Positions 1 to 9,881 of a stretch of 64,000 bases of DNA are shown here, piece after piece. Location: contig JANOAV010000048.1 in the NCBI GenBank assembly GCA_031411295.1, forward strand, positions 18,609-82,608, written 5' to 3'. Position numbers and translations under genes: made by a program. The notes under the pieces are model-generated. The model was not told the DNA's origin, made no database searches, and saw nothing but the letters and a program-made list of their open reading frames with translations. Numbering within the stretch: the first letter of the stretch is position 1; each line of letters opens with the position of its first letter. This DNA is from Verrucomicrobiales bacterium. Its GTDB lineage: Bacteria; Verrucomicrobiota; Verrucomicrobiia; Verrucomicrobiales; V1-33.

Positions 1-984
1 CCCGTCATCCTGGTTTTCTTGTTAGGATCGGGGTTGGATTATCTGGTGCTGGCCTGGGCTCCGAACATGGCGTGGCTGGTTGGGGCGCGGATCGTGTCGG
101 GGATCACAGGAGCAAATTTCACGGCTGCCAGTGCCTACATTGCGGATGTCACCCCGCCGGAGAAACGGGCGGCTGGATTCGGCATGATCGGGGCTGCGTT
201 CGGGTTGGGCTTCATTGCGGGACCGGCCGTGGGTGGGTTGCTGGGGGAACACAATTCCCGTTTACCGTTTCTGGTAGCGGCTGGAGTGACGTTAGTGAAT
301 TGGCTGTATGGCCTGTTCGTGCTCCCGGAATCGCTGGCTCCAGAGAATCGGCGGGCGTTTGACTGGTCCTCAGTGAATCCGTTTCGCTCGCTGCTGGCAT
401 TGCGACGCTGGCCGATTGTGATAGGCTTGGCGGGATCCCAGTTCCTGATGAATTTAGCGCATAACATTTACCCCTGTCTGTGGGTGCTCTATACCGGGCA
501 TCGCTATGGCTGGGGCAGCCGGGCGGTTGGCCTCTCGCTGGGGTTGGTGGGCATCACCTCGGCCATCGTGCAGGGTGGGTTGGCGGGAAGGATTTTGGGG
601 GAAATTGGGGAACGCCGGGGGGTGATCTTGGGGCTGACGACGATGGGTTGTGGGCTCATGGCTTATGGTTTGGCTCCTGCGGGCTGGATGATTTACGTGA
701 TTATTGCGTTGGCCGCGGTGGGCGGAGTGGGTGGCCCAGCGGAACAAGCACTCATTTCCAAAGCGGTGCCCGCGAATGAGCAAGGCGCCGTCCAAGGGGC
801 GCTCAATAGCATGGTTTCGGTGGCAGGAGTGGTGGCGCCCTTGTTGTGGACGTCGATCTACGCCTGGAGTATTAATCTAGACGCGCATCCGGATTGGTCG
901 GGACTGGCGTTTCTCGTTGGGGGTGCGGTGAGTTTCCTCGCCATCTGGCCAGCAGTGCGGGCGTTTCGCAAGATCCCGGCGTAA
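1..984 (+). CDS. TCR/Tet-family MFS drug efflux transporter (5' truncated by window edge)
   Basis: Frame open from base 1. Multiple TM helices; motifs AYIADVTPPEKRAAGFG..GAAFGLGFIAGP and LPESL, typical of TetA-like MFS. Confidence 0.85.
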   Translation, partial: PVILVFLLGSGLDYLVLAWAPNMAWLVGARIVSGITGANFTAASAYIADVTPPEKRAAGFGMIGAAFGLGFIAGPAVGGLLGEHNSRLPFLVAAGVTLVNWLYGLFVLPESLAPENRRAFDWSSVNPFRSLLALRRWPIVIGLAGSQFLMNLAHNIYPCLWVLYTGHRYGWGSRAVGLSLGLVGITSAIVQGGLAGRILGEIGERRGVILGLTTMGCGLMAYGLAPAGWMIYVIIALAAVGGVGGPAEQALISKAVPANEQGAVQGALNSMVSVAGVVAPLLWTSIYAWSINLDAHPDWSGLAFLVGGAVSFLAIWPAVRAFRKIPA

Positions 985-1165
985 GCCGGAGTGTGTTAGA
1001 AGAGTGTCCATCGGCAGAATGCTAGTGAACCGTTACTGACCTTGGGGCCAAATAGAGCTTGTCAGCATCAGGAGATTTCTGAGAGAATGCACCCTCCTCC
1101 ACATTAATCAGCTCTCCTCTGCCGATTCAGGTGCCACGCGTTTATTTGCTCAATACGAATCCCCA

Positions 1166-4100
1166 ATGAATCCATTTCGCTCCCCCGTGCTCTTGCTTGG
1201 ACTGTTAGCCAGTGCTGCCGGCGTGCAGGCGGAAACGGTCATCATTAGTGAAGTCATGTATCATCCTACCGGAACGAAACCGGAGTTTGTCGAAGTCCAG
1301 AATCTGACTTCGAATCGTTTGGATCTGGCGAAATGGACGTTGTCCGGCGGGGTGAGTTATACGTTTCCCGATTTCAATGCCGGTGCGCCCACGGCGCATT
1401 TTCTCAAGGAATACGAGCGCATTCTCATGAGTTCAGCCACGGAGGCGGCCACGCGGGCGGCCTATCCGAACATTCCTCCGGTAGTTCGGATATACGGACC
1501 TTGGACGGGCAGCCTCAATAACGCGGGCGATACCATAACCTTGAAAGACGCGGCCAACGCCAAGCTGTGTGAGCTGACCTATGGCGACAACGGCAAATGG
1601 CCGGTGGCGGCGGATGGCACCGGCCATTCCTTGACGGTGGTGAATAAGGATCGGGCCATCGACGATTGGCGGAACTGGCGGGCGAGCGCGCGGCGCGATG
1701 GCAGCCCTGGCTATGCTGAATTTGTGGTGGCAGAGGAACCCACGAGCACTCCGGTGGTCATGGCGGGGCCGACCATCAACCTGACTGAATTCAACAGTGC
1801 AGCTGGCACGGGCACCCCAGCGGTGCCTGCGGCCGCCAATCCAGGCGACACGCAATGGCGCTTCTACAATGCCGTGGCCGCTCCGCCAGCAAACTGGAAT
1901 CAGCCTGGGTTCGTGGACACCGCCTGGGGCGGTCCGGGCTATGCTCCGCTGGGAACCGAGAACGCAGGTGCTCCCTTCACGGGGATTCGCACCCAGGTGG
2001 CGCAGACCACTGGACTGCTGACGTATTATTATCGAACCTCAGTAAATTGGACGGGTTCGCTACAGGACAACACTTTCACCATTGACCAATACATTGATGA
2101 CGGCGTGATTCTCTATTTGAATGGTCAGGAAATTGCCCGCGATCGCATGCCGAATCCGTCGGGTCATGGCAACACGGCGGACCCAACGGCAGCGCCAGAT
2201 GCGACCTACGAAACCGGACGGATGACGGGCTCGACGGTGTTGGACGGAAAATTTGTGACCGGAGCAAACGTGTTAGCTGCGGAGATGCACCAGAACTCTG
2301 GCACCAGTTCGGATCATGTCTTCGCGATTCGGATGAAGGTGTCCACCCCGGGCGCGGCGGGAGTGATCATCAATGAAGTGAAACCAGGCACCGCTGGCAA
2401 TGGCTTTGTGGAATTCTACAATCCCACGGCGGCTCCGATTGATCTTAATGGATACTATCTCTCCGAAAATCCCGCTAATTTAACCAAATTCAAAATAACC
2501 ACGCCGCTCGTGGTGCCCAGTCTGGGCCTGGCAACCATCGGATATGCGGAAACAACGCTCCCGTTGTCAGCAGTCACCGTGGTTTACCTGACGCAACCCG
2601 ACGGCACCACGAAGCAAAGCGCGATCAGCAAAGCGATTCCATTGGATGGGCGATCACTCGGCCGCAAGCCTGCGGGCGGTTCCTCATGGTATTTGTTTAC
2701 TTCCCCCACGCCAGCCGCTCCCAATGCGAGTGCCGTGGCCACCGTCTCGCTTCGGTTGAGCGAAGGCGTCTTCGGTGCCAGCACGCGCTTGGAAAGTGTG
2801 GAGGTGGCGAACCTCGGCACCGCCAGCACAAACACCACGGGCTTTGCGGTGGCCTCGAAACAAGACTTCTCGGACAAAGTCCTGCTGCCGGCAAGTCTTG
2901 CTGGAGGCGGCCTGGCCACGGTGTCAGTAAATTTCACGCCAGACAGTTCGGGAGCGCTGGTGGTGTATCTGATTGACCCTAGCAACAACGTGCTGGATGC
3001 CGCTGAACTGTCCAATGCTGCCGGCCTGCCTTCGGTGCAGCGCTGGCCGCTGACCAGCAATGATTGGTATCACAATGCCACGAACACGCTAAACGCCGTC
3101 AATGCGCCCACGTTGCATGACGAAATTGTGATCACGGAAATCATGGCTGCCCCGCCGTCGAATCATGCGGATGGCGAGTTCGTGGAATTGTATAATCGTA
3201 GCGGCACTACGGTTAGCCTGGCGGGTTGGCGCTTCGTGGACGGGATCTCGTTTGATTTTCCTAACATAGCCACCTTGGGCGCAGGACAGTATTTGGTGTT
3301 GGCCAAAAATCCGGCTTACATGACCGCGAACTATGGTGCCATCGCCAACCTCTACGGCCCCTTTAGCGGCACCTTGAAGGATGGTGGTGAGTTGCTGCGG
3401 CTGGAAGATGAGCGCGGAAATCTGGCGGACAGCGTGGACTATAACAACGGTGGGCAATGGCCCAGTGAAACGTCCGGGGCTGGTTCCAGCTTGGAGTTGA
3501 TTCATCCTGACATGGATAACAGCCAGCCTTCCTCGTGGCGTGCCAGTGATGAAGCGAACAAAACCACCTTCCAAAGTTATTCGTTCTCCGGAATCTACAA
3601 GGAGCTGCGCGGTCAGCCCAACGTGCTCACAGCCACGCGGGAACTGCTGTTAAATCTCGCAGGCGATGGTCACCTCATTTTAAAGAACCTGAGGCTAACT
3701 ACTTCTTCCGCCCCAGCTACCAACCAGATTGTGGGTGGAGACACCACTTCTCACGGCACTGGAAACAGCGTCAGTGGCTGGCTGTGCACCGGCACTCATT
3801 GCCTCAGTGACACCCAGTCAGATGGGTTCCATTTGATCAGCGTCGGCACGGGCGACACCAAGGCCAACAAGGCTGAAGTGGATGTCATCGGGATTATTCC
3901 CAATGACACCCTAACGCTGACTTTCGATGCCCGGTGGGTTTCTGGCACGTCAGTGATGATCGCCCAGACATGGGATCGCAGTTTTGGGAAAGTGTTCCGT
4001 TTTCCGATCCCAAACAATCTCGGCACGCCGGGCGCGGTCAACTCACGGGCCGTGGCCGCCGCGGCTCCCACGGTTGACCAGATGCGGCACTCCCCAGTCG

Positions 4101-5203
4101 TTCCGCGCTCCACGGAACCGGTGGTGGTGACGGCCAAAGTTTCCTCCGCCACTCCGCTTGCCAGCGTTTCCTTGATCGAACGCATCGACAATGTGACCGC
4201 TTCCAACACTTGGAACACGATGGCCATGAATGACAGCGGCACCGGAGGTGATGCCGTGGCAGGCGATGGCGTCTGGTCAGCCACGGTGGCTGCACGAGGA
4301 GATGGTGTTATCACCCAGTTCTACATCCAAGCCACCGCCACCAACGGTCAGATCAACCAATGTCCGCGCAATGGGGTCGCGCGTCCCGGCCTGTGGATCG
4401 TTGACAACTCACCACCGTCCACCGCCCCAGGGTTGCTGACGCATCGCTATGTGTTGTCGCTCTACCATCGCAACGCGCTCACGGCAGCTACGGGCTTCTC
4501 CGCCACGTATGATTGGGATCACCCGCGGATGTCGAATTTCGGGTTCAACGCCACGATCATTTTGAACGAAACGGATGTCCTCTACAACTCGGAACTGCGT
4601 CGTGGTGGCAGCCCGTGGACCCGCACCGGAGCCAATACGCTGGACCGGGCACGCTGGAAACCACCGGGGGACAACGTCTTCCGCAATCGCAGCAAGACTG
4701 GCATTGATAACGATTCCACGAACACCAATACCGGACCGTCGCGCTTCCATAACCGCACGGTGCGTTATATGCTCTATTTGCTGGGCTATCCCGTGCCGGA
4801 TTCGGAGTTCATTCAGCAAATCGTCAACGCGGACAATCCTCGCTTGGGTGATGAACAGGAGCAGACCGACAGCGAGTTCTTCGACCGCGCCTACGAGAAT
4901 GGCTCCAGCTCCGAGCTGTATGAAATAGACGACTCCTGGTTCATGTATGATACCAACAATATGGATGACCGCCTGGATGCAGGCTCGGTCACGGGTCGTT
5001 GGTCCTTGCTCGACTGGAATAACAGCACCGCAGCATTTCCGGGCGACGAAAGCCCCATCTTCTTCCATGGCAACTGGCCGGTTCGTTTCCCCGAAGACCG
5101 CTATGATTACGCTTCCCTCTCCGCGCTAATTAAGAAGGCGTTCAACAACAACACCGTGGTCACCTCGATGCCGGTAGCAAGCCAGGATGCTTGGCTGGAG
5201 TAG
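1166..5203 (+). CDS. Secreted lamin-tail-domain / CotH kinase protein, N-terminal part (ends at an in-frame TAG)
   Basis: Signal peptide; repeated lamin-tail motifs (VIISEVMYHP..EFVEVQN, VIINEV..GFVEFYN, IVITEIMA..EFVELYN); start of CotH-like region (RRGGSPWTR). Confidence 0.75.
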   Translation: MNPFRSPVLLLGLLASAAGVQAETVIISEVMYHPTGTKPEFVEVQNLTSNRLDLAKWTLSGGVSYTFPDFNAGAPTAHFLKEYERILMSSATEAATRAAYPNIPPVVRIYGPWTGSLNNAGDTITLKDAANAKLCELTYGDNGKWPVAADGTGHSLTVVNKDRAIDDWRNWRASARRDGSPGYAEFVVAEEPTSTPVVMAGPTINLTEFNSAAGTGTPAVPAAANPGDTQWRFYNAVAAPPANWNQPGFVDTAWGGPGYAPLGTENAGAPFTGIRTQVAQTTGLLTYYYRTSVNWTGSLQDNTFTIDQYIDDGVILYLNGQEIARDRMPNPSGHGNTADPTAAPDATYETGRMTGSTVLDGKFVTGANVLAAEMHQNSGTSSDHVFAIRMKVSTPGAAGVIINEVKPGTAGNGFVEFYNPTAAPIDLNGYYLSENPANLTKFKITTPLVVPSLGLATIGYAETTLPLSAVTVVYLTQPDGTTKQSAISKAIPLDGRSLGRKPAGGSSWYLFTSPTPAAPNASAVATVSLRLSEGVFGASTRLESVEVANLGTASTNTTGFAVASKQDFSDKVLLPASLAGGGLATVSVNFTPDSSGALVVYLIDPSNNVLDAAELSNAAGLPSVQRWPLTSNDWYHNATNTLNAVNAPTLHDEIVITEIMAAPPSNHADGEFVELYNRSGTTVSLAGWRFVDGISFDFPNIATLGAGQYLVLAKNPAYMTANYGAIANLYGPFSGTLKDGGELLRLEDERGNLADSVDYNNGGQWPSETSGAGSSLELIHPDMDNSQPSSWRASDEANKTTFQSYSFSGIYKELRGQPNVLTATRELLLNLAGDGHLILKNLRLTTSSAPATNQIVGGDTTSHGTGNSVSGWLCTGTHCLSDTQSDGFHLISVGTGDTKANKAEVDVIGIIPNDTLTLTFDARWVSGTSVMIAQTWDRSFGKVFRFPIPNNLGTPGAVNSRAVAAAAPTVDQMRHSPVVPRSTEPVVVTAKVSSATPLASVSLIERIDNVTASNTWNTMAMNDSGTGGDAVAGDGVWSATVAARGDGVITQFYIQATATNGQINQCPRNGVARPGLWIVDNSPPSTAPGLLTHRYVLSLYHRNALTAATGFSATYDWDHPRMSNFGFNATIILNETDVLYNSELRRGGSPWTRTGANTLDRARWKPPGDNVFRNRSKTGIDNDSTNTNTGPSRFHNRTVRYMLYLLGYPVPDSEFIQQIVNADNPRLGDEQEQTDSEFFDRAYENGSSSELYEIDDSWFMYDTNNMDDRLDAGSVTGRWSLLDWNNSTAAFPGDESPIFFHGNWPVRFPEDRYDYASLSALIKKAFNNNTVVTSMPVASQDAWLE

Positions 5204-7669
5204 ATGGATCGCATGTTGGATCTGAAGCGGGCCGCACTCTATGCCGCAGTGCGGTGCTACATTGGGGATTGGGATAACTTCACGGGCAACCGCGGCAAGA
5301 ATGGCTATTTCTATCGACGCCCAACGGACGGAAAATTTGAGTTTCACCATTGGGACAGCGACCTTGGATTCCAAACTGGCTATTTCAACATGGCCGTTCC
5401 CGGCACCGTCGGTGGCACGGGCTGGACAAATCTCACGGGCACCCCGCTGTTCCGGCATTATGTGAATTTCTATCTCACGGAACTGCTGCAGAAATACACC
5501 AAAAACTCTGCGCGCATGAATGCGTTTCTGGATGCTAATAATTATCAGACCGGTGCCACGGATCCACTGGCACCGTTCACCCTGCGGACCAGCAGCGTTT
5601 ATCCTGCAAACGATGGCGATGTGGCGTCACGCGGGCTGGAAGTTTACACCAACTGGTGGAATCGTCGGGAAGCGAACATCATTACCCAAATCAACACCTA
5701 TGGTGGCACCAACCTCACGCGACCCTATTCCATCTCCACGACCAACAATCAGACCGTCAGCACACCAACGTTTACCATTAATGGCGAAGCTCCTTCCAGC
5801 GTGTGGAGCGTGGATGTTCTGGGGCATCCGGAAGGAGTATTCGCGTGGGTGCCCACCACTGTAAACAATGCCCTGTGGACCATCACAAACCTGCGTTTGG
5901 CCAACGGTCTAAACGCACTCACGGTGAGGTTCCTTGGTTCGGATGGTAGCATCCTGAGCACGCTACCGTTCAATGTCACGCTGACGGGAAATGCTCCGCC
6001 GTTGGTTTACCTAACGGTCAGTCCCGGATCGGGAAATCTCACGGCCAACGAACTGGTCACGCTGGATGCTACCGGCAGCTACGATCCAGAAGGCACGGCC
6101 CTGACTTACAACTGGACCATAACACCGACCGCTGGAGCCACCATCGCCCACAGCGTGCCGGGTAAGACGGAGGCTCGATTCCAGATTCCCGGAGTCTATA
6201 GTGTTTCCCTAACCGTGACTGATGTGGGCGGAGCCGCCACCATGGTCACGCGGGAACTCACGGTTACGAACGGCAGTGATTTCACCTCCTTCGGCAGCAG
6301 CGCTGGCTTGGATCCCAGCTACACCGTGCAGAATGTGGAACTGCGGGACGACTTCTCGCCCAGTAATTGGTATTCACTGGCTGACCTCAGTGGCCGCCTG
6401 CTAATCCAAGTGCTGGACGATGCCGCCAAGCCATTGGGGAATCCCACGTTCACCCATCCGCTCATCACGCGTGACGTGCCGGACGCGTCTGATTTCACTT
6501 TGCAAACAGAGCTGGAGCCGGACACGCGGGAGTTCGGAAATTACCTAACCGGGCTGTGGCTGGATACGGTCGAATCCGGCGTTTCCACGAAATATGCGTT
6601 TGGAATCGATGGCAGCAGCAATCTGATCGTCTCGCGTGCCGCCAGTGGAGCCTGGGGACAAGTTTCCAGCACGTCGATCACTGGCAGCGGTGCCCTGCTG
6701 CGCATCCGCCGCGTGGGCCCAAACCTCCTTTTCCAACGCGGCCTGTCTGGCGTCTGGACGACCTTCTACACCCAAGCCATTCCCGCCGGAACGATCGCGG
6801 GCAGAGGCGGGATCTTCGTGGCCACGACCACTGCCACGACGGTGCGCGTAGCATTTGATTACCTGCTCGTAGCTGACCCCGCCAATACGAATTCCGTCCT
6901 AGCCAGCCTGCGCATTTGTGAAGTGATGTATAACCCCGCTCCCACCGGCGTGGAATACATCGAGCTTTGCAACTACGGTGCCCAGACCATCAACCTGCAA
7001 GGCTGCAGCTTCGATAACACCAAACCATTCGCACTCTTCACCTTCGGCAACGAACCCCTGCAGCCTGGAGAAACCATCTGCATCACGGAAAACGTAACCG
7101 CTTTCCAAGCCAAATACGGCACCAGCATTCGACTAGCCGGAGCGTGGACCAGTGGCAGCCTGAGTAATGGCGGAGAACAAATCATCCTGCGCGATGCCAC
7201 CGCCAACGAGATTCACAATTTCACCTATCATGACAACACCGATCCCACCTGGCCTGCCGCCGCCGATGGCACCGGCCCCTCCTTGGAAATCATTGATCCA
7301 CAAGGAAACTACGATCTCGGCTCCAACTGGCGTGCCAGCGCAGAAACGGCAGGCTCTCCAGGCTACCTCGGACTCGGCCCCGACACCGATGGCGATGGCC
7401 TCGCAGACATCATCGAAGCTCGTTTCGGCACGGATCCAGCCAACCCCGGCTCCACTCCTGCGGCCACCAGCGCCCGCGCGATGGATGGTTCAGTGAACAT
7501 TTCCTTCCCCACCGTAAACGGGCGGAGCTACCGCGTCGAGTATTCCACCAACCTGCAAATCTGGCTAACACTACAAACCCTAACCGCCACCGGCCCCAGC
7601 GCCTCCACCAACGATACCGCCATCCTCACAGAACCGCATCGCTACTACCGCGTGGTGGCGTTACCGTAA
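5204..7669 (+). CDS. CotH kinase catalytic half + PKD + lamin-tail domains; in-frame continuation of 1166..5203
   Basis: Same frame, ATG directly after the TAG. GDWDNF..KNGYFY..HWDSD (CotH-like), LDATGSYDPEG..YNW (PKD), ICEVMYNP..EYIEL (LTD), DTDGDG, C-terminal YRVEYSTNL..W..YYRV. No signal peptide. Confidence 0.75.
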   Translation: MDRMLDLKRAALYAAVRCYIGDWDNFTGNRGKNGYFYRRPTDGKFEFHHWDSDLGFQTGYFNMAVPGTVGGTGWTNLTGTPLFRHYVNFYLTELLQKYTKNSARMNAFLDANNYQTGATDPLAPFTLRTSSVYPANDGDVASRGLEVYTNWWNRREANIITQINTYGGTNLTRPYSISTTNNQTVSTPTFTINGEAPSSVWSVDVLGHPEGVFAWVPTTVNNALWTITNLRLANGLNALTVRFLGSDGSILSTLPFNVTLTGNAPPLVYLTVSPGSGNLTANELVTLDATGSYDPEGTALTYNWTITPTAGATIAHSVPGKTEARFQIPGVYSVSLTVTDVGGAATMVTRELTVTNGSDFTSFGSSAGLDPSYTVQNVELRDDFSPSNWYSLADLSGRLLIQVLDDAAKPLGNPTFTHPLITRDVPDASDFTLQTELEPDTREFGNYLTGLWLDTVESGVSTKYAFGIDGSSNLIVSRAASGAWGQVSSTSITGSGALLRIRRVGPNLLFQRGLSGVWTTFYTQAIPAGTIAGRGGIFVATTTATTVRVAFDYLLVADPANTNSVLASLRICEVMYNPAPTGVEYIELCNYGAQTINLQGCSFDNTKPFALFTFGNEPLQPGETICITENVTAFQAKYGTSIRLAGAWTSGSLSNGGEQIILRDATANEIHNFTYHDNTDPTWPAAADGTGPSLEIIDPQGNYDLGSNWRASAETAGSPGYLGLGPDTDGDGLADIIEARFGTDPANPGSTPAATSARAMDGSVNISFPTVNGRSYRVEYSTNLQIWLTLQTLTATGPSASTNDTAILTEPHRYYRVVALP

Positions 7670-7704
7670 TCCACGACGTAGAGGCCGAATTTAGAGGCCA
7701 GTGT

Positions 7705-8127
7705 AATGAGGGCGGCAAGATCAACGGCCGGGAAATCGCGAGCTATCCGCTGGCGGGATTGCAGCCCAACCGTGGTTATACCAACCTCAGTCAGAATGTC
7801 GCCACCACCCTCCCCGCCACCAAAGGCACGTATTTCATGGGCCTCGTCGTCACGGAATTGCAGGCTTCCGGCTACGTCATTACTGACTACCGGAACTTCG
7901 ACGACACGCTGGTGCTGGCCCCAGCCAAATTGCTGAAACTAACCGGCCCCTGGACCTGGAAATCCAATCCCGCTGGCGGCACCATCGACCTCACCGTCGC
8001 GAAAATTTCCCACACCCGCCCAGGCAACACCGGCTCCCTGAAGCTCGCAGTCTGGGCCACCGAGGAACCCTACACCGGCGGGGCCATCCGAGGCTTCGAA
8101 CTCGGCAGCGTCAAGAAAGACGCCCTT
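7705..8127 (+). pseudogene. Internal fragment of a beta-rich repeated-domain secreted protein
   Basis: Codon-biased stretch (EGGKINGREIASYPL...GSLKLAVWATEEPYTGGAIRGFELG) with an internal repeat (GGKING / GGAIRG). No credible start; breaks abruptly into AT-rich sequence near 8127. Confidence 0.5.
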
Positions 8128-8293
8128 TTATCTCAGGGATTTATACAGAGGTGTATTTATTCGGAATTGTATCTTGACGGCGGCTGCCAATCAACCTCCT
8201 CCTCCTAGAATTTGGCAAAACCGAGGAGTATGGCATCATGGACCCCATCGCAGGCTCTAAGGTGACGACGTTTAAGTGAGGCACTTCCAGAAG

Positions 8294-8324
8294 GTGGTCC
8301 GCACAAGTCCCCTGTGCGGTTCAT
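8294..8324. repeat. REP-like hairpin, copy 1 (GTGGTCCGCACAAGTCCCCTGTGCGGTTCAT)
   Basis: GTGG followed by CCGCACA/TGTGCGG stem; near-identical direct copy at 9283..9312. Confidence 0.7.
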
Positions 8325-8359
8325 AAAGCCACCCCTCAAGCCACGCAGCTCCCCAACTC

Positions 8360-9169
8360 TTATCGCAGGCCAAAGGGAATCGTCAGAGCCTTCTGAATCC
8401 GCTGCAACATAACCTCGTTAGGCCGGATCGGCACGATGTCGATGGGAAACAAGCGCCCGGCAAACTCCAGGACGTTCGTCGTTCCGGTATCGAACACCAC
8501 CACATTATCCGCAGCTCGATACCATGCCTCCGCCAGCAATTGTTCAAAACCTGCCTCTGTGAAAAATTTAGCAATCGCCAATTGAGACGCCGCCACCGGA
8601 TCGATGAAACGCTGGGAAATCACAATCCTAAATTGCCCTTCCAGCATCGCAAAACCCTCCAATCGATGCTCCAGTGCGGGAAACAACGCATGCGTCAATG
8701 CCATCCGCCGCAAATACTGCATTGGCGTCCCCGGTTTCAGCCCAAACCAATCGCTGACCATCCCCGAAACCACGGTGAGATCCACCTGAGGATAGAATCC
8801 GAAATGCTGCCCTTTCGTGATCTTCACGACACGCTGAACAGGTTCGCCAACTCGCAAAATATCATGCTCCATACGCCCTCGGATTCTCCCGCTCAAAGAA
8901 TCTGAAGGAATCCAAAGTCCCGCCTCATCCGCCCAAGAACACAAACAGGCTATTTCTTGGTCCCGCCTTCGACCAAAGGCATAGGGCGTCCAAGCACAGT
9001 CTGCATCATCTCCAAGGCTTCCGCTAACGACCGCTTCGGCATCTGCGAAATCAACCGCTCGCCTTCCTCCTTCGACATCAGCGGGATCACGGGCACAATC
9101 TTCCTCACCACCTCGGCCTGTTGGGCGTTGGGGGAAGCTAACGTCTTCCGGCTCGGGGGCGTCTTGCAT
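8360..9169 (-). CDS. Polyvalent-protein-type Ser/Thr/Tyr kinase domain protein (kinase-PolyVal-like)
   Basis: Motif order G.MEH..V.K.T, TPMQYLRRM..HALF, ISQRFI, AGF..WY, DTGTTNVL, FPID matches this family as I recall it; start uncertain. Confidence 0.65.
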   Translation of the reverse strand: MQDAPEPEDVSFPQRPTGRGGEEDCARDPADVEGGRRAVDFADAEAVVSGSLGDDADCAWTPYAFGRRRDQEIACLCSWADEAGLWIPSDSLSGRIRGRMEHDILRVGEPVQRVVKITKGQHFGFYPQVDLTVVSGMVSDWFGLKPGTPMQYLRRMALTHALFPALEHRLEGFAMLEGQFRIVISQRFIDPVAASQLAIAKFFTEAGFEQLLAEAWYRAADNVVVFDTGTTNVLEFAGRLFPIDIVPIRPNEVMLQRIQKALTIPFGLR

Positions 9170-9195
9170 TCTTCAGGATGAGCGACTGCGATCAT
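8950..9195 (-). CDS. Small helical protein overlapping the 5' part of the kinase gene
   Basis: ATG at 9195, 81 aa, amphipathic helix-like (MSKEEGERLISQMPKRSLAEALEMMQTVLG). Confidence 0.45.
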   Translation of the reverse strand: MIAVAHPEECKTPPSRKTLASPNAQQAEVVRKIVPVIPLMSKEEGERLISQMPKRSLAEALEMMQTVLGRPMPLVEGGTKK

Positions 9196-9282
9196 GCCAA
9201 CAACGTGGACCACAGGCTGTGATTTTCAAGCATATTCTAAAACAAGCGCGCCATGAGAACTCCCCAGGCGGGAACGACCGCA

Positions 9283-9312
9283 GTGGTCTGCACAGTCCTC
9301 TGTGCGGTTCAT
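9283..9312. repeat. REP-like hairpin, copy 2 (GTGGTCTGCACAGTCCTCTGTGCGGTTCAT)
   Basis: Direct repeat of 8294..8324. Confidence 0.7.
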
Positions 9313-9387
9313 CACGTCTCGTCTTCGATATTAGACATTGGGTGTCCAAGCCCCAGATTGCATCGCCTCATCTCCAAGGGGGCCCCT

Positions 9388-9864
9388 TCATTCCCGCCCC
9401 GGCAATTCATCACCCTCCAACCGTTCACGCAACAGGAGCAGCACGCGTTGGAAGATGGCGAGGTCTTCTGGGGAGATGCCTTTGGACAGTTTGTTGACCC
9501 AGGGGGCCTGGAGGGCCATGGCGGATGCGTAGGCTTGTTTTCCTTTGTCGGTTAGGACTACGAGTTGGGCGCGGCGGTGGCGGGGGTTGGTTTCGAAGGT
9601 TAGGAATTCCAGGGCTTGGAGGTCGTTGACGATGCGCTGGACGTTCTGGCGGTTGGCTCCCAGGTTGCGGGCGATCCAGGCGACGGTTTGCGGTTGGCCG
9701 GCCCGGACGATGGCTCCGAGGATCTGCCAGCGTGCGCCTGTTAGGTCCAAGTGTGCGGCCAGGCGATCTCCTGCGAGCAGGATGAGGCTGTTCACACGGA
9801 AGAGGTCCATGGTCAGGGCGGTTAAGGTTTCGCCTACGGGAGTGCGTTGAGGAATTTTGGCCAT
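9388..9864 (-). CDS. MarR family transcriptional regulator
   Basis: LTGARWQILGAI..TVAWIARNLGANRQNVQRIVNDL..NPRHRRAQLVVLTDKG winged helix; ATG at 9864. Confidence 0.9.
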   Translation of the reverse strand: MAKIPQRTPVGETLTALTMDLFRVNSLILLAGDRLAAHLDLTGARWQILGAIVRAGQPQTVAWIARNLGANRQNVQRIVNDLQALEFLTFETNPRHRRAQLVVLTDKGKQAYASAMALQAPWVNKLSKGISPEDLAIFQRVLLLLRERLEGDELPGRE

Positions 9865-9881
9865 TGGGGGTGCAATTAGGA

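Noticed and set aside
1..984. Acquired tetracycline resistance gene
   Set aside because: Generic chromosomal TCR-family MFS; no mobile context or tetR visible, and substrate cannot be inferred.
5201..5203. Pyrrolysine or genome-wide TAG recoding
   Set aside because: TAG terminates conserved genes at their expected ends, and no pyl genes are in the window.
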